A stretch of DNA of 64,000 nt from Oligoflexales bacterium (GTDB lineage: Bacteria > Bdellovibrionota_B > Oligoflexia > Oligoflexales > JALZUQ01). How positions within the stretch are numbered: the first letter of the stretch is position 1; each line of letters starts with the position of its first letter. Made by a program: the position numbers and the translations under genes. The notes beneath the pieces were generated by a model. The model was not told the DNA's origin, did not search any database, and saw nothing but the letters and a program-made list of their open reading frames with translations. Positions 44,371 through 54,289 of the stretch are shown in pieces. The stretch is taken from NCBI GenBank assembly GCA_023301565.1, contig JALZUO010000037.1, positions 2,138-66,137 of the forward strand, written 5' to 3'.

Positions 44371-45396
44371 ATGCTTGCAACTAATTTTAGACCACTATTT
44401 TCTCTTCTTAGAAACGACTACCCTGAAAATACGGTTCATGGCGAAGTTTTTATTGCCTCTAGCGGTGTGCTTTTAAACGGAAAAGAGGCAGAAAAAAACC
44501 TAGGCCAGAGTTTTTGCCCTAGATCTGTTTTAAAAATTTGGCAGACTAAGTATTTGCTAGAGAAGATTCGCAGTAAGTCAGAAGAGGCTTACGAGCGTGT
44601 GGCTTCTTCATCCTATTTACCGTTGCTTTTTGCGTCGCATTCTGGCCAGAAGCAGCATTTAGAGCAGTGGCATTATGCAGCCAAAGAGCTTGCCATTGAT
44701 TCTTCAGAGCTTGAGTGCCCGGATTCTTATCCGCGTGATCGCTTGATCGCGTTTGATCTTAAAAAGCAGGGCGTAGAGTCTTCGGCGGAATATCACCAGT
44801 GCTCTGGCAAGCACCTTTTGTTTGTATATGCGTGCAAGGTTTTGGGCGTAGACGTTAAAGAGTATGTGGACTTAGATCACCCAATTCATACCGGCATGCA
44901 CTCGCTTATGCAGTCTTGGATAGATGGACCTTTAAAGGTTTTAAAAGATGGCTGCGGGTTGCCTAACTACGTTGTTTCGACTCAGCGCTTTTTGGACGCA
45001 AGCTTTCGTCTTTCATTGAAGGGGCGTGAGCCAGGCTCGGTTGAGCACACTTTGTTTGAGGCGTGGAAAAATAGCCCGAGACTTGTTGGGGGTGTTAGGC
45101 GCCTAGATTCCGATATCACCGAAGAGACTGGTGGTTTGTTTTTTGCTAAAGAGGGCGCAGACGGGTTGCTGTGGTTACAGTCTTTATCAAACGACCCTGT
45201 TACGATTTTAATCAAGCTAGGGTTTGGTTATAAAGAGCGTTATCTCGCCTATGGAATATTTTCTGAGCTGCTTCGGCTCAAGAAGAGGAATGCTTTAGAT
45301 CACCCTGACTTAGAGCATTTATACAGCTACCTAGGGTTTTTGGTTCGGAATAAGCTCGAAGAACATCAGCAGTTAGGGCTTTGTGGGCTAACGTAA
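44371..45396 (+). CDS. asparaginase-II-like (Rhizobium-type) protein
   Basis: CSGKHLLFVYAC and DGCGLPNY resemble the conserved blocks of the asparaginase_II family. The start is uncertain (44299 or 44371). Confidence 0.55.
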   Translation: MLATNFRPLFSLLRNDYPENTVHGEVFIASSGVLLNGKEAEKNLGQSFCPRSVLKIWQTKYLLEKIRSKSEEAYERVASSSYLPLLFASHSGQKQHLEQWHYAAKELAIDSSELECPDSYPRDRLIAFDLKKQGVESSAEYHQCSGKHLLFVYACKVLGVDVKEYVDLDHPIHTGMHSLMQSWIDGPLKVLKDGCGLPNYVVSTQRFLDASFRLSLKGREPGSVEHTLFEAWKNSPRLVGGVRRLDSDITEETGGLFFAKEGADGLLWLQSLSNDPVTILIKLGFGYKERYLAYGIFSELLRLKKRNALDHPDLEHLYSYLGFLVRNKLEEHQQLGLCGLT

Positions 45397-45417
45397 TTAA
45401 AAGACAGAGTGGCGTGG

Positions 45418-46659
45418 CTACAGGTTTCTTATTCCGCGCATCAGCGAAAGCCGCGCAGCTTGCCTTGCAGGGATATAAGCTGAGATAAGGCAGATAGCGA
45501 TGGATATAGCAGGTAGAACAAAGAAGTAGCTGTAGTGGTAGTCCACGGGAAGAGTCTTCATATAATAGCTAGATGCAGGGATTTCTATGATTTCTGTTAC
45601 GCGCACAAACTCACAAAACCCCCAGCCTAGGGCTACTCCAAGAGCGCTGCCGACAACACCTATAAAAAGACCTTGTTTTAAGAATACAGAGACAATCCCT
45701 CGGCTAGTAAGCCCTAGGATTCTCAAAATACTGATGTCGCTTTGCCTAAGGGTAACCGAAATAAATAAAGTGGTTAAAATATTGAACCCTGCAACTAGAG
45801 CAATAAGAGAAACAATCATCCAGATTACTTGTTTGTCTTTTGCAATCATGGCGAACATATCTTTGTTGAAAGTCTGCCAAGCGGTGTTCTGTGTTTTTCT
45901 GTCTTTGTTGATTTGTGAAGCTATTTTTGGTGCTTTGCTTGTATCATTTAATCCAAGCTCAAAGCCCGTCACAACTCCTTTGAAGTTTAAAAGAAACTGG
46001 CCTGTGTTTAGGGCGACCAGAGCAAGTTTTGAGTCATAGTATTGAAATCCGGAATCGTATATTCCTACGACCTCAAATAGGTAGTTGTTGCCAAATCCTT
46101 TGCGGTCGTTTGGCTGCATGATCGATATTTCAGAGCCTATAGATGCCCTTAGTTTTTTGGCTAGGCCCGTTCCCAATATAATGGGTGAAAGCCTTGTACC
46201 CGAGGGGTCAAAGGGCTTTGTGAGTTCTGCGTGTAGCTTTTCTACGGCAAGCCCTGGTTGGATGAACTTAGTTAGCTCTGTAAGCCCTTTTCTCTTTTCA
46301 AGGTGAATTCCTCGTACTAGAGAACCTGTATAGACGCCTTCACTTTTGAGAATAGATTCAAAGTGGACAAAAGGCGAAACCGTATGAACATCGTAAGGGA
46401 ACTTCGCCCAAAGGTAGTCTTCATACTCTTGAGGGTTTTGAATTCCATTAGTGTAGTCAAAGCTGAGTACGTGTGCGTTTGCAGCCAAAAACCTGTCACG
46501 GATGGTCGTTTCAAACCCAGTAACTATGGCCATAGCAGAAAACATCGTCGCAACACCAAGAGCTACCCCAAAAATACTGAGTATGCTGACCCATGCAAAA
46601 AGTCTATGTTTGCTTGCGATGTTTAAATAACGCTTTGCAATGATACTGGTGACGTTCAT
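45418..46659 (-). CDS. lipoprotein-releasing system permease (LolC/LolE, FtsX/MacB type)
   Basis: 413 aa. The N-terminus IAKRYLNIASKHRLFAWVSILSIFGVALGV is followed by a large periplasmic loop and three C-terminal TM segments. Confidence 0.8.
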   Translation of the reverse strand: MNVTSIIAKRYLNIASKHRLFAWVSILSIFGVALGVATMFSAMAIVTGFETTIRDRFLAANAHVLSFDYTNGIQNPQEYEDYLWAKFPYDVHTVSPFVHFESILKSEGVYTGSLVRGIHLEKRKGLTELTKFIQPGLAVEKLHAELTKPFDPSGTRLSPIILGTGLAKKLRASIGSEISIMQPNDRKGFGNNYLFEVVGIYDSGFQYYDSKLALVALNTGQFLLNFKGVVTGFELGLNDTSKAPKIASQINKDRKTQNTAWQTFNKDMFAMIAKDKQVIWMIVSLIALVAGFNILTTLFISVTLRQSDISILRILGLTSRGIVSVFLKQGLFIGVVGSALGVALGWGFCEFVRVTEIIEIPASSYYMKTLPVDYHYSYFFVLPAISIAICLISAYIPARQAARLSLMRGIRNL

Positions 46660-47139
46660 TTAAGGCTTTCTAAGTAGGGCGCGAAGATTGATCTTTGTTC
46701 CATTTGGTTTTTTAGCAAGGATTTGTATCTGTACTATCCCATTAGGTAAGCTGGTTTCCGTCCAAGAAACAATGTCCCAGTCCTGAAGTTTTTTATTCTC
46801 CAGCACAACCTCAGTGTTTGAGCCTAGTGCGTTTAATAGAAGCTTTTTTTGCGACGAATCTCTGGCGTTGCCACTGCTTAGCAAGACAGTATCTTCAGGA
46901 AGAAGTTTAAGTTTAATTTTTGGACTGTCTAGTCTTTTATAAAATGAGCCGCTTTGAATCGGGATCAAAGCACGCATCTTGCCATGGTAGACGTGAAGGC
47001 TGCTTGCAAGCCTAAGGACATCTAGTTGCTCTATGCCTTCGTTTGCTAGAGCTGTTCCGGGTGTTGCAAAGCAGAAACCAAAGAAGAAAACTGAACGCAG
47101 CCATTTACCAATTTTAAAATATCCCATAGACTCTTCCAT
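46660..47139 (-). CDS. hypothetical periplasmic protein (159 aa)
   Basis: Signal peptide ending ALANE. Its stop codon abuts the lolC/E start (TAAATG). Confidence 0.5.
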   Translation of the reverse strand: MEESMGYFKIGKWLRSVFFFGFCFATPGTALANEGIEQLDVLRLASSLHVYHGKMRALIPIQSGSFYKRLDSPKIKLKLLPEDTVLLSSGNARDSSQKKLLLNALGSNTEVVLENKKLQDWDIVSWTETSLPNGIVQIQILAKKPNGTKINLRALLRKP

Positions 47140-47158
47140 ATGATGAAGTCGCTACTAA

Positions 47159-47683
47159 ATGATAGCGACTCAAACACGGAGTGTCATCTTGCGTCTGTTA
47201 GGCATAGATCCAGGTTCTCGGTTTACAGGTTTTGCTTGTATTGAGAGTGAGGTAGGTACACAGCAGTGGAGCTTGCTTGGCGCAGGGGTGTTGAAACCCA
47301 AGTTGTCCAACGAGTTCCCACAGAGGCTTGGAGAGCTGTTGACGGGGTTTCAGCAGCTGCTGGGTGAGTATAAGCCCGATCAGGTTATTTTAGAGAAAGC
47401 ATTTGTGCATAAAAATGTTTCAAGCGCTTTAAAGCTAGGTGAGGTTAGAGGGGCGTATTTGGCGGCTGCAATACAGTGGGGCGTGAAAATTGGCCAAATT
47501 GCACCGAAGAAAGTGAAAAAGCTCGTCTCTGGCAACGGGAATGCATCCAAAGAGTTTGTCGCAGACTGTGTTAGCAAGCTTTTGAGGCAAGACTTTAGTA
47601 ATGCCAAAAACGATGTCACCGATGCTGCAGCTATTGCCCTAAGCTGTTTTCTTAGCCCACACGATGCTGAGTGGTACAAATAA
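47159..47683 (+). CDS. ruvC: crossover junction endodeoxyribonuclease
   Basis: LGIDPGSRFTGFACIE, ILEKAFVHKN and NDVTDAAAIAL carry the catalytic acidic residues. Confidence 0.9.
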   Translation: MIATQTRSVILRLLGIDPGSRFTGFACIESEVGTQQWSLLGAGVLKPKLSNEFPQRLGELLTGFQQLLGEYKPDQVILEKAFVHKNVSSALKLGEVRGAYLAAAIQWGVKIGQIAPKKVKKLVSGNGNASKEFVADCVSKLLRQDFSNAKNDVTDAAAIALSCFLSPHDAEWYK

Positions 47684-47691
47684 CTATTAGC

Positions 47692-49104
47692 TTAATAGAA
47701 GCTTTTTGGATCGATCTCAAATTTTTGCAATTTCCTTAAAAGAGTGACCTTGGTCATATTCGTGTGTTCAGCGGTTTGGTTGATTTTACCGCGAAACGCT
47801 GTCAACGCTCTAACAATGAACTCTCGCTCGAACTTTTCTTTGAGTATCGGATAGTCTAATTTTTCAGTTCCAAAAAAATCATCTTCTGAAGGATTTGAGC
47901 TTTTTGATGTAGCGCCAGATCTTGCGTCAGAGCATACATTCGGTGGCAGAGACTCTAATGTCAGTTTTGTTCCAGCCTCGCAAATAAAACTGCGTTCTAT
48001 CGCATTTTCCAGTTCGCGGATATTTCCAGGCCAGTTATAAACCAGAAGTTTTGCCAAAGCGTTTTTTTCCATACCTTGGATCTTGCGCTTATGTTTTTCA
48101 TTGAACTTTGCGATCATGAAATCAACCAAAGAAGGAATGTCTTCGCGCCTTTGCCTAAGCGGAGGTAAGCTAATCGGCAGTATGTTCAGGCGGTAAAAAA
48201 GATCTTCGCGGAAAGTTTTGGCTTCCATCATCTCTTCTAGCGGTTGGTTGGTAGCAGCTAGGATACGGGCATGAACCGGAATATCTTTGTTTGCTCCGAT
48301 CGGGGTTACCACCTGCTCTTGGAGTACCCGCAATAGTTTGGCTTGCATGGACACGCTAAGTTCACCGAGTTCGTCTAAAAAAATCGTTCCGTTCCCGGCA
48401 AACTGAAACTTGCCTATTTTCTTTTTGTCAGCGCCCGTAAAGGCACCTTTTTCATGTCCGAACAGCTCGCTTTCAATCAGTGATTCTGGAATCGCAGCGC
48501 AGTTGATGGCAACGAAGGGCTCTTTGCGGCGGTGGCTATTGCAGTGAATGGCCCTTGCTACAAGTTCTTTGCCGGTTCCACTTTCTCCGCGGATTAAAAC
48601 AGGGGTATCTACTTTTGAAAGTTTATAAATGATGTCAAAGACCTGGTTTAAACTCTCAGAGTCTCCGATAATATCTCGTTTTTGGTCGAAGGCTAATTGG
48701 GGTGCAGAATGTGCGATGGTTTGCACTAAGTTTGATGCTTGAGAGGCTGTATTTAGGACGTCGGCCAAAGCGTCTGAACTGACTGGTTTTTCAAGGTAGT
48801 CAAAAGCACCTAATTTAATTGCTTTGACTGCATCGGAAACATCCGAATATGCAGTGAGCATAATACAGATGGTTTTAGGTGACTTTTCTTTTATCTTTTC
48901 AAGTGTGCCTATGCCGTCGAGGCGGGGCATATTTACGTCAAGCAGTGCAACGTCGAATTTATTGGATTCTTCGAGCTTGCCTAGGGCATCTATCCCGTCC
49001 ACGGCCGTTTCAACTTGCCAGCCTTGTAGCTCCAGGTTCCCTTTGGTCGTGAGCCTAAGCTGGGCGTCGTCGTCGACAAGCAGAAGGTTTCCTTTTTTAG
49101 CCAT
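47692..49104 (-). CDS. sigma-54-dependent response regulator (NtrC family)
   Basis: Intact REC domain (LLVDDD, LLDVNMP, MLTAY, DYLEKP). AAA+ domain with GESGTGKE and GAFTGA. C-terminal HTH. No kinase gene is adjacent. Confidence 0.9.
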   Translation of the reverse strand: MAKKGNLLLVDDDAQLRLTTKGNLELQGWQVETAVDGIDALGKLEESNKFDVALLDVNMPRLDGIGTLEKIKEKSPKTICIMLTAYSDVSDAVKAIKLGAFDYLEKPVSSDALADVLNTASQASNLVQTIAHSAPQLAFDQKRDIIGDSESLNQVFDIIYKLSKVDTPVLIRGESGTGKELVARAIHCNSHRRKEPFVAINCAAIPESLIESELFGHEKGAFTGADKKKIGKFQFAGNGTIFLDELGELSVSMQAKLLRVLQEQVVTPIGANKDIPVHARILAATNQPLEEMMEAKTFREDLFYRLNILPISLPPLRQRREDIPSLVDFMIAKFNEKHKRKIQGMEKNALAKLLVYNWPGNIRELENAIERSFICEAGTKLTLESLPPNVCSDARSGATSKSSNPSEDDFFGTEKLDYPILKEKFEREFIVRALTAFRGKINQTAEHTNMTKVTLLRKLQKFEIDPKSFY

Positions 49105-49379
49105 ATGGTTCTTATCCTTAACTCTTTAGTGAGTGTAAAATGCTGAAATACACGTCTGACATCTAACACGTAAAAAGACTTTTAAAAAAATCAGCATACT
49201 GCCTAATATATAAGCAATCAAGGGCAATCAAACCATAATTATAAGCTCAAATCAATAGAATTCTTAATTTTATTGAAATCCATAGAATCTGGACGCTATA
49301 GGCGCCAGCCCCTTTACGGGTGGGAAAAAAGTTCCCCTGATTTCATGCGATTAGGTGGCAGAGTGGGGATAATGGCTTT

Positions 49380-51584
49380 ATGAAGCAAAACATCAAATTA
49401 CGTCCAGATGCACTGTCATGGTTCCGCGCCATGAGGGTTGCTCAAGAGTTCACTGAGCTGTCTAGCGACACGCTCCTCGCCCTAGAATCTAGAATCTTCG
49501 TACCGGTAAAGAAAGAGCCCTTGAAGCGCTCTTCGAACTCTGGCCCGAAGCTAAACGCTATAGAGCAGAGAATTTCTTCGCACAAACAACCTGCTCAGCA
49601 GGCTGCTAGAGATTTTTTAATTCAGTTTGACCCTGTCAACGCAGACCAATCGGCAAAATTGCTTCTTCGCTGGGAGTCTTTGTTTGGTTCTATTTACGAG
49701 AAGCTACCTATAAGTATCCGTAAATACCTGTTGGTGTGTTCTGGAGATCATAGAAGCCTTTCGAAGCGTTTTATGGGCCTCAAAAAATTACACATTGAAG
49801 GATCTGAGCTAAACCAGGAAGAAAAGTGCCTTCTATCCTTAGGGTTTTTGGTCAAGCAAGACACCAAATCCATGGCAAATATTTTATCTAAAGACATGAG
49901 AAGCATTGCAAAGAATAAAGCTTTTTTGAACTATATCATCGAAGACAAATTCAATTTTACCGAAGAAGTAGCAAAGCTTTTGATGCGTGCAAAAAAAATG
50001 GATCTAGCGAAAAGCTTCTTGGGCCACCTGCCAACAAAAGAGCGTCTCGCACACAAAGATATTTTGCATTACCTAGGTTCTTACAAGGAAATCTCACCGC
50101 AGAGCAAGTCCAAAGCATTTAATCAATGGGTTCACTTGCCTGACCTAGAAAAAGAACGAACCATCTCTGGCTTTTTTGCTGAGCTAGAACGCGGAAACTA
50201 TATAAATACCCAGACGCTGGCCATCTATCTTTCAACCTTAAAAAAATGGTGCAAGGACGAACGGTTGAAACTGTTCACCTTTCAGCTGGTAGCAAAAAAC
50301 ATTTCTAATTTAGCAAAAATAAAAGTCGGAACTGTTTTTCTAAAACAGTTGACAGCAAACCTGTTCTCTCCGATCTACGCAGACTTGTGGGCCATGATTC
50401 GGCACTCTAAATCTAAAAACAATGTAGCCGTTTTCTTTCGAAGTTTAGCAAAGGTTCAGCTTTTACTTGTTTCACCTAGGTTCGAACCTAGAGAAGTAGT
50501 TTCGTTGTATCGATCTTACGAGTCTTCCATAAGTTTTCAGTCGCTAAAGTCATTGTATTTACCGTGGAGCGGATTGCGGCAAGGTCTTGTGGCTGAGCTC
50601 AAAAAAACAAAAACTGATTTTGCTGTTGCCCGAAGAAAAATATTAGCTTTGTCCATCTGTCAGCCTAGACGAAAGATCACTAAGCCACAGCTGGCGATGT
50701 TTGTAGGTGTTTTTGGTTTTGATCCATTTAGTGTCCATGGGAAAAAACCAGATATGGAAGGGGAGAGGTCCTCGGATATGCATCTGTATCAATCTATAGC
50801 GTCTTCAGCTGGCGAAGAGTTTGGCCGCGACAAAGCTTGGCTAGTGAGCGGAATTCGTCATTTCCGAAAACCAGCTATGTTTCAGCAGTTTAAAAACACT
50901 GGGGAGTTTAAGCCGAGCTACGCAAAAATGAACCTAGAAAAAACCTCTGCATGGTTGATGTCGGACTTTCCGCCAAGGGTTCAAAAGGTACTTTCATTTT
51001 GGTTAGGTAGCGCAAACTTTCGCCTTGTGTTGAATCATGTTTCTAGTGAAACGATGCGGGCAAAAGACCACCCAATATTTCACAGAAAAATACACCTCCA
51101 AAAGGTTGCTTTTCATCTTTCTAGTTTAGGTTGGGTGTCTAGGAGCGATAGAATATCATGCCCCGATATGACGACCCCTTTTGCAGGCTCTCAAGGCTAT
51201 GATACCGGAGCTATTCTGGTAAATTACCTTTGGTGTTGTCTTGGGTTTGACCTGCTGACCGATCCATCTAAGATCCGTTTTAAAAACCCAAGGTTTTCGT
51301 GGTTTGTAGGGACCCAAAAAAGTGAAAATCTGATTATCAGAGCAAGATCTATTGTTTCAAAAGTCAATGAGAAGACTCTGCTAGAGTATTTGCCTATATT
51401 TGCTTTAAGGCTAGCGTGCCTTTTTCACAAACACCCAACGCACCTTCTGCATTGCGTAGCAAAAGAACGTGGAGATATGTGCGACTTGAAGACTGTTTCT
51501 GTCCTTGAGCGCTGGATACTGTCCAAACATCACCTGCGTTTTAGAGAAAAGGCTGGCCTGAGTATAAAAACACCTATCGGTTAG
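49380..51584 (+). CDS. hypothetical protein (734 aa, basic, no recognisable motif)
   Basis: Long uninterrupted ORF with GGGGA upstream of the ATG. I recognise no signal peptide, TM segment or catalytic motif. Confidence 0.55.
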   Translation: MKQNIKLRPDALSWFRAMRVAQEFTELSSDTLLALESRIFVPVKKEPLKRSSNSGPKLNAIEQRISSHKQPAQQAARDFLIQFDPVNADQSAKLLLRWESLFGSIYEKLPISIRKYLLVCSGDHRSLSKRFMGLKKLHIEGSELNQEEKCLLSLGFLVKQDTKSMANILSKDMRSIAKNKAFLNYIIEDKFNFTEEVAKLLMRAKKMDLAKSFLGHLPTKERLAHKDILHYLGSYKEISPQSKSKAFNQWVHLPDLEKERTISGFFAELERGNYINTQTLAIYLSTLKKWCKDERLKLFTFQLVAKNISNLAKIKVGTVFLKQLTANLFSPIYADLWAMIRHSKSKNNVAVFFRSLAKVQLLLVSPRFEPREVVSLYRSYESSISFQSLKSLYLPWSGLRQGLVAELKKTKTDFAVARRKILALSICQPRRKITKPQLAMFVGVFGFDPFSVHGKKPDMEGERSSDMHLYQSIASSAGEEFGRDKAWLVSGIRHFRKPAMFQQFKNTGEFKPSYAKMNLEKTSAWLMSDFPPRVQKVLSFWLGSANFRLVLNHVSSETMRAKDHPIFHRKIHLQKVAFHLSSLGWVSRSDRISCPDMTTPFAGSQGYDTGAILVNYLWCCLGFDLLTDPSKIRFKNPRFSWFVGTQKSENLIIRARSIVSKVNEKTLLEYLPIFALRLACLFHKHPTHLLHCVAKERGDMCDLKTVSVLERWILSKHHLRFREKAGLSIKTPIG

Positions 51585-51589
51585 TAGAG

Positions 51590-52504
51590 TCAGTGAAGCT
51601 CTAGCAGTAGTTTTTCGAGTGCGGCTGGCTGCTCAAGCGCATACCCTCTGGATTTAACATAGGGTTTGTTCTGGTGGAGAAAGAGTTTTTCAGACGTTAT
51701 TTTTCTTTCAACTTCAGCTTCCCAGAACCCTTTTTGGGGTTCCACTATATCTTTAACTGCAGCTACGATGAGATCCAGAAAACTGTTTTGATGTTGCCGC
51801 TTAGTGTTGCGTTGCCCCCGGCCTTTCCTTAGCTGATCAAGGCTAGGGTATTGGGCATCGTTGTGTGTGGAACCAATCACAGAAACTTCTCGTAGGTTAG
51901 TGCCAAGGACTCTGCGGAAATACTTTCTTCCTTTTGCTAGAAACCGTCTTCTGTCAGCACCCAACAAGTATACAGGCTTTTTTATTTTACTAAGTTCAGA
52001 TAAAACACGTTTATGAAAAAGTGCAGGATCTAGAAGGATGAGGCCGTCTACCTGTGGCTTTCGTCCCTCAGCAAAACTAACGGCAGTACCTCCGAAGGAG
52101 TGGCCAACAAAAATAACTTTTGTTTTTGTGTTTTTTGCATACCTATTTTTAAGTTTTGTAGTGACAAATGCTATTCGCTTTCCGTTTGTGAGCCACTGGT
52201 GCTCGTTTGGGAGCCGTAGTGCGATAGAAATAAAGCCATGTTTAGCTAGCGTTAGAGCTTGTATAGAGTGGGCTTTGTTTGTGCTTTTGTTTCCATGAGA
52301 GAAAAAGACGATACCTTTTCCGGTCCCTTCGGTCAGGTCCGGCAAGTATAGCCTGTATTTGATTTTAGTTTCGCCCACTGAGACGGTGTGGTTGGATTTT
52401 TTGACTTTAAACTTTTTGTCCACAGGTGTCGCTGCGGGAGCAACATCTGGGTCTATCCACGTAAAAAGTATAGCAATGAATAAATATAAGTAGCTTAGCT
52501 TCAT
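51590..52504 (-). CDS. secreted alpha/beta hydrolase
   Basis: Signal peptide present. Nucleophile elbow GHSFGG. FFSHGN lies upstream (oxyanion region). Confidence 0.65.
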   Translation of the reverse strand: MKLSYLYLFIAILFTWIDPDVAPAATPVDKKFKVKKSNHTVSVGETKIKYRLYLPDLTEGTGKGIVFFSHGNKSTNKAHSIQALTLAKHGFISIALRLPNEHQWLTNGKRIAFVTTKLKNRYAKNTKTKVIFVGHSFGGTAVSFAEGRKPQVDGLILLDPALFHKRVLSELSKIKKPVYLLGADRRRFLAKGRKYFRRVLGTNLREVSVIGSTHNDAQYPSLDQLRKGRGQRNTKRQHQNSFLDLIVAAVKDIVEPQKGFWEAEVERKITSEKLFLHQNKPYVKSRGYALEQPAALEKLLLELH

Positions 52505-52715
52505 ATGATTCTGATCGGTAAATCAATCATTTTTGGGCTAGGCAAACATTTCCGAGGTTTGTGCAGGCGCAGAATACAGAAGAAGCAGTTTGAGGGTCAA
52601 AGGGCTGTTTTGACGTAATAAAAATAACGTTAAAGCCACGGCCCCGCCTTGTTTTGGTATAAAATCATTGTTTTGGACTAATCGGTTTAATATAGTCCTC
52701 TCTGAAGGAGTGGCT

Positions 52716-54263
52716 ATGAAGCTAAACTCGAAAAAGTACAATTTAACTACATTTTTTCTTGTTTTCTGGTGCGTAGGTTCAGTCTTGGCTGGCTCCGAAA
52801 TGCCGAACCCCAGTTCGTGGTTTCCCGGAAAAACTGCAGAAGCCTTTGCCGTGGCGAAGAAGAAAAATAAAAATATTTTTGTTTATTGGGGGGCTGAATG
52901 GTGCCCGCCTTGCAATAAGCTAAAGTCAGATGTTTTGAGCCACCCGGGTTTCCCTGCTTTGACTAAAGACACGATCAATATTTACATGGATGGAGAGGCT
53001 GAAGGAATTCAGTTGTGGTCCGAGAAATTAAACGTAACAGGGTATCCTACTCTTCTTTTTTTAACACCCGAAGGCAAAGAGATTATGCGGCTGCAAACAG
53101 CTCTTGATTTCGCGGGTTTTTCTGAGAACTTTAAATACGCTCAATCACAACACGAAGACGGTGTTTTGCTTCTTCGTAGGTTGCTCGGTTATAAAAAAAT
53201 TGATTCAGAAGCTGCTAGCTTGACGCTTAGGGCATTTAGAAACCACAAGGATCTTGAAGCTATTACGAAAAACCACAGAGTTAAGCTTCGCAAGCTTTTG
53301 CACAGGCTAAAGAAAAAGAAAATGCACGCTGGTTTGGCGAGCGAGTGGTACCTTTACAACTTAGGCTTAGGAAAAACAGGCAAAAAGCTCCCAAAGGTAG
53401 ATGTCTCGTGGGCGCAAAGATACTTTTTAGATGTTGTCTTTAAGGAAGAGAACCTCTCTACATTCAGCAGTTTTATCACGCGCGATGCTTCGGGCGTAGC
53501 TAAAATGTTTCATCGGAGGCTTTCTTCAAAGGATTTTACAGTTTTCGGTAGAGCCTGGGAGCTAGCTGCTAAAAAGATTAGAACGATAAAAGATCCGGTT
53601 CAGAGCGTTCGCGTGTTAGCTTCAAGCGAATACCCGTATATTACCCTGCATGACCTGGACCCCGAGCAGTTCCCGTTAGGCGCCGCTCGAAAGACACAGA
53701 TAGGCTCTCGATCCATTGAGCTAATCTCTAAAATGGATGACGGATACAAAAGAAAAAGTGCTCTTAGCGTTGTTGCATATGTTTTGAGTAGGGTTGGTAA
53801 GTATTCGGAGGCAAAAAAAGTTTTACAAAAGGAAGCGGAAACCTCTAGCTCTAGCTGGTACTTTTTAGACGTACTTTCTTATTTAGCAAAGAGCAACCAA
53901 GAAAACGCTGATGCCTTGAGCTTTTCTAAGATGGCCTTAGATGCTGCAGATACTCCGGCTGCAAAAATACAAATGTATAAAAACTATTTTGGTAGTCTCT
54001 CCTCTTTAGGGGGTAAATCTAAAAACAAGTTGTTAGCGGCTGCCACAGTGGATTTTTATGGGTTTTCTGCAGGGGTTTCCGGGGCCTTTGTTGGGCGAAA
54101 CGTCCGTGCGTCGAATTGGCTTTTGCAAAATAGAAAAAGTGATTTTTTTACGGGTAGTTTGCTTGCAGAATTTGCCAAAATATCTAAAAGCCTTTGCGCT
54201 AAGCAGGAGGGGGCGTCTTTGGAGGCCTGCCAGGAGCATGTGAGAGCCATGTCAAAGGGATGA
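52716..54263 (+). CDS. secreted thioredoxin-fold protein with a long helical C-terminal region
   Basis: ATG at 52716 preceded by GAAGGAG. Signal peptide present. The thioredoxin-like segment is IFVYWGAEWCPPCNKL (CPPC). Confidence 0.65.
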   Translation: MKLNSKKYNLTTFFLVFWCVGSVLAGSEMPNPSSWFPGKTAEAFAVAKKKNKNIFVYWGAEWCPPCNKLKSDVLSHPGFPALTKDTINIYMDGEAEGIQLWSEKLNVTGYPTLLFLTPEGKEIMRLQTALDFAGFSENFKYAQSQHEDGVLLLRRLLGYKKIDSEAASLTLRAFRNHKDLEAITKNHRVKLRKLLHRLKKKKMHAGLASEWYLYNLGLGKTGKKLPKVDVSWAQRYFLDVVFKEENLSTFSSFITRDASGVAKMFHRRLSSKDFTVFGRAWELAAKKIRTIKDPVQSVRVLASSEYPYITLHDLDPEQFPLGAARKTQIGSRSIELISKMDDGYKRKSALSVVAYVLSRVGKYSEAKKVLQKEAETSSSSWYFLDVLSYLAKSNQENADALSFSKMALDAADTPAAKIQMYKNYFGSLSSLGGKSKNKLLAAATVDFYGFSAGVSGAFVGRNVRASNWLLQNRKSDFFTGSLLAEFAKISKSLCAKQEGASLEACQEHVRAMSKG

Positions 54264-54289
54264 ATGCGCTTGTAAAAGAATGTATTCTC

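Noticed and set aside
49345-49383. A 12-codon upstream ORF (MRLGGRVGIMAL) ending in ATGA on the start of the 734-aa ORF.
   Set aside because: It has no SD and no distinctive codon content. This could easily arise by chance in a 275-nt AT-rich gap.
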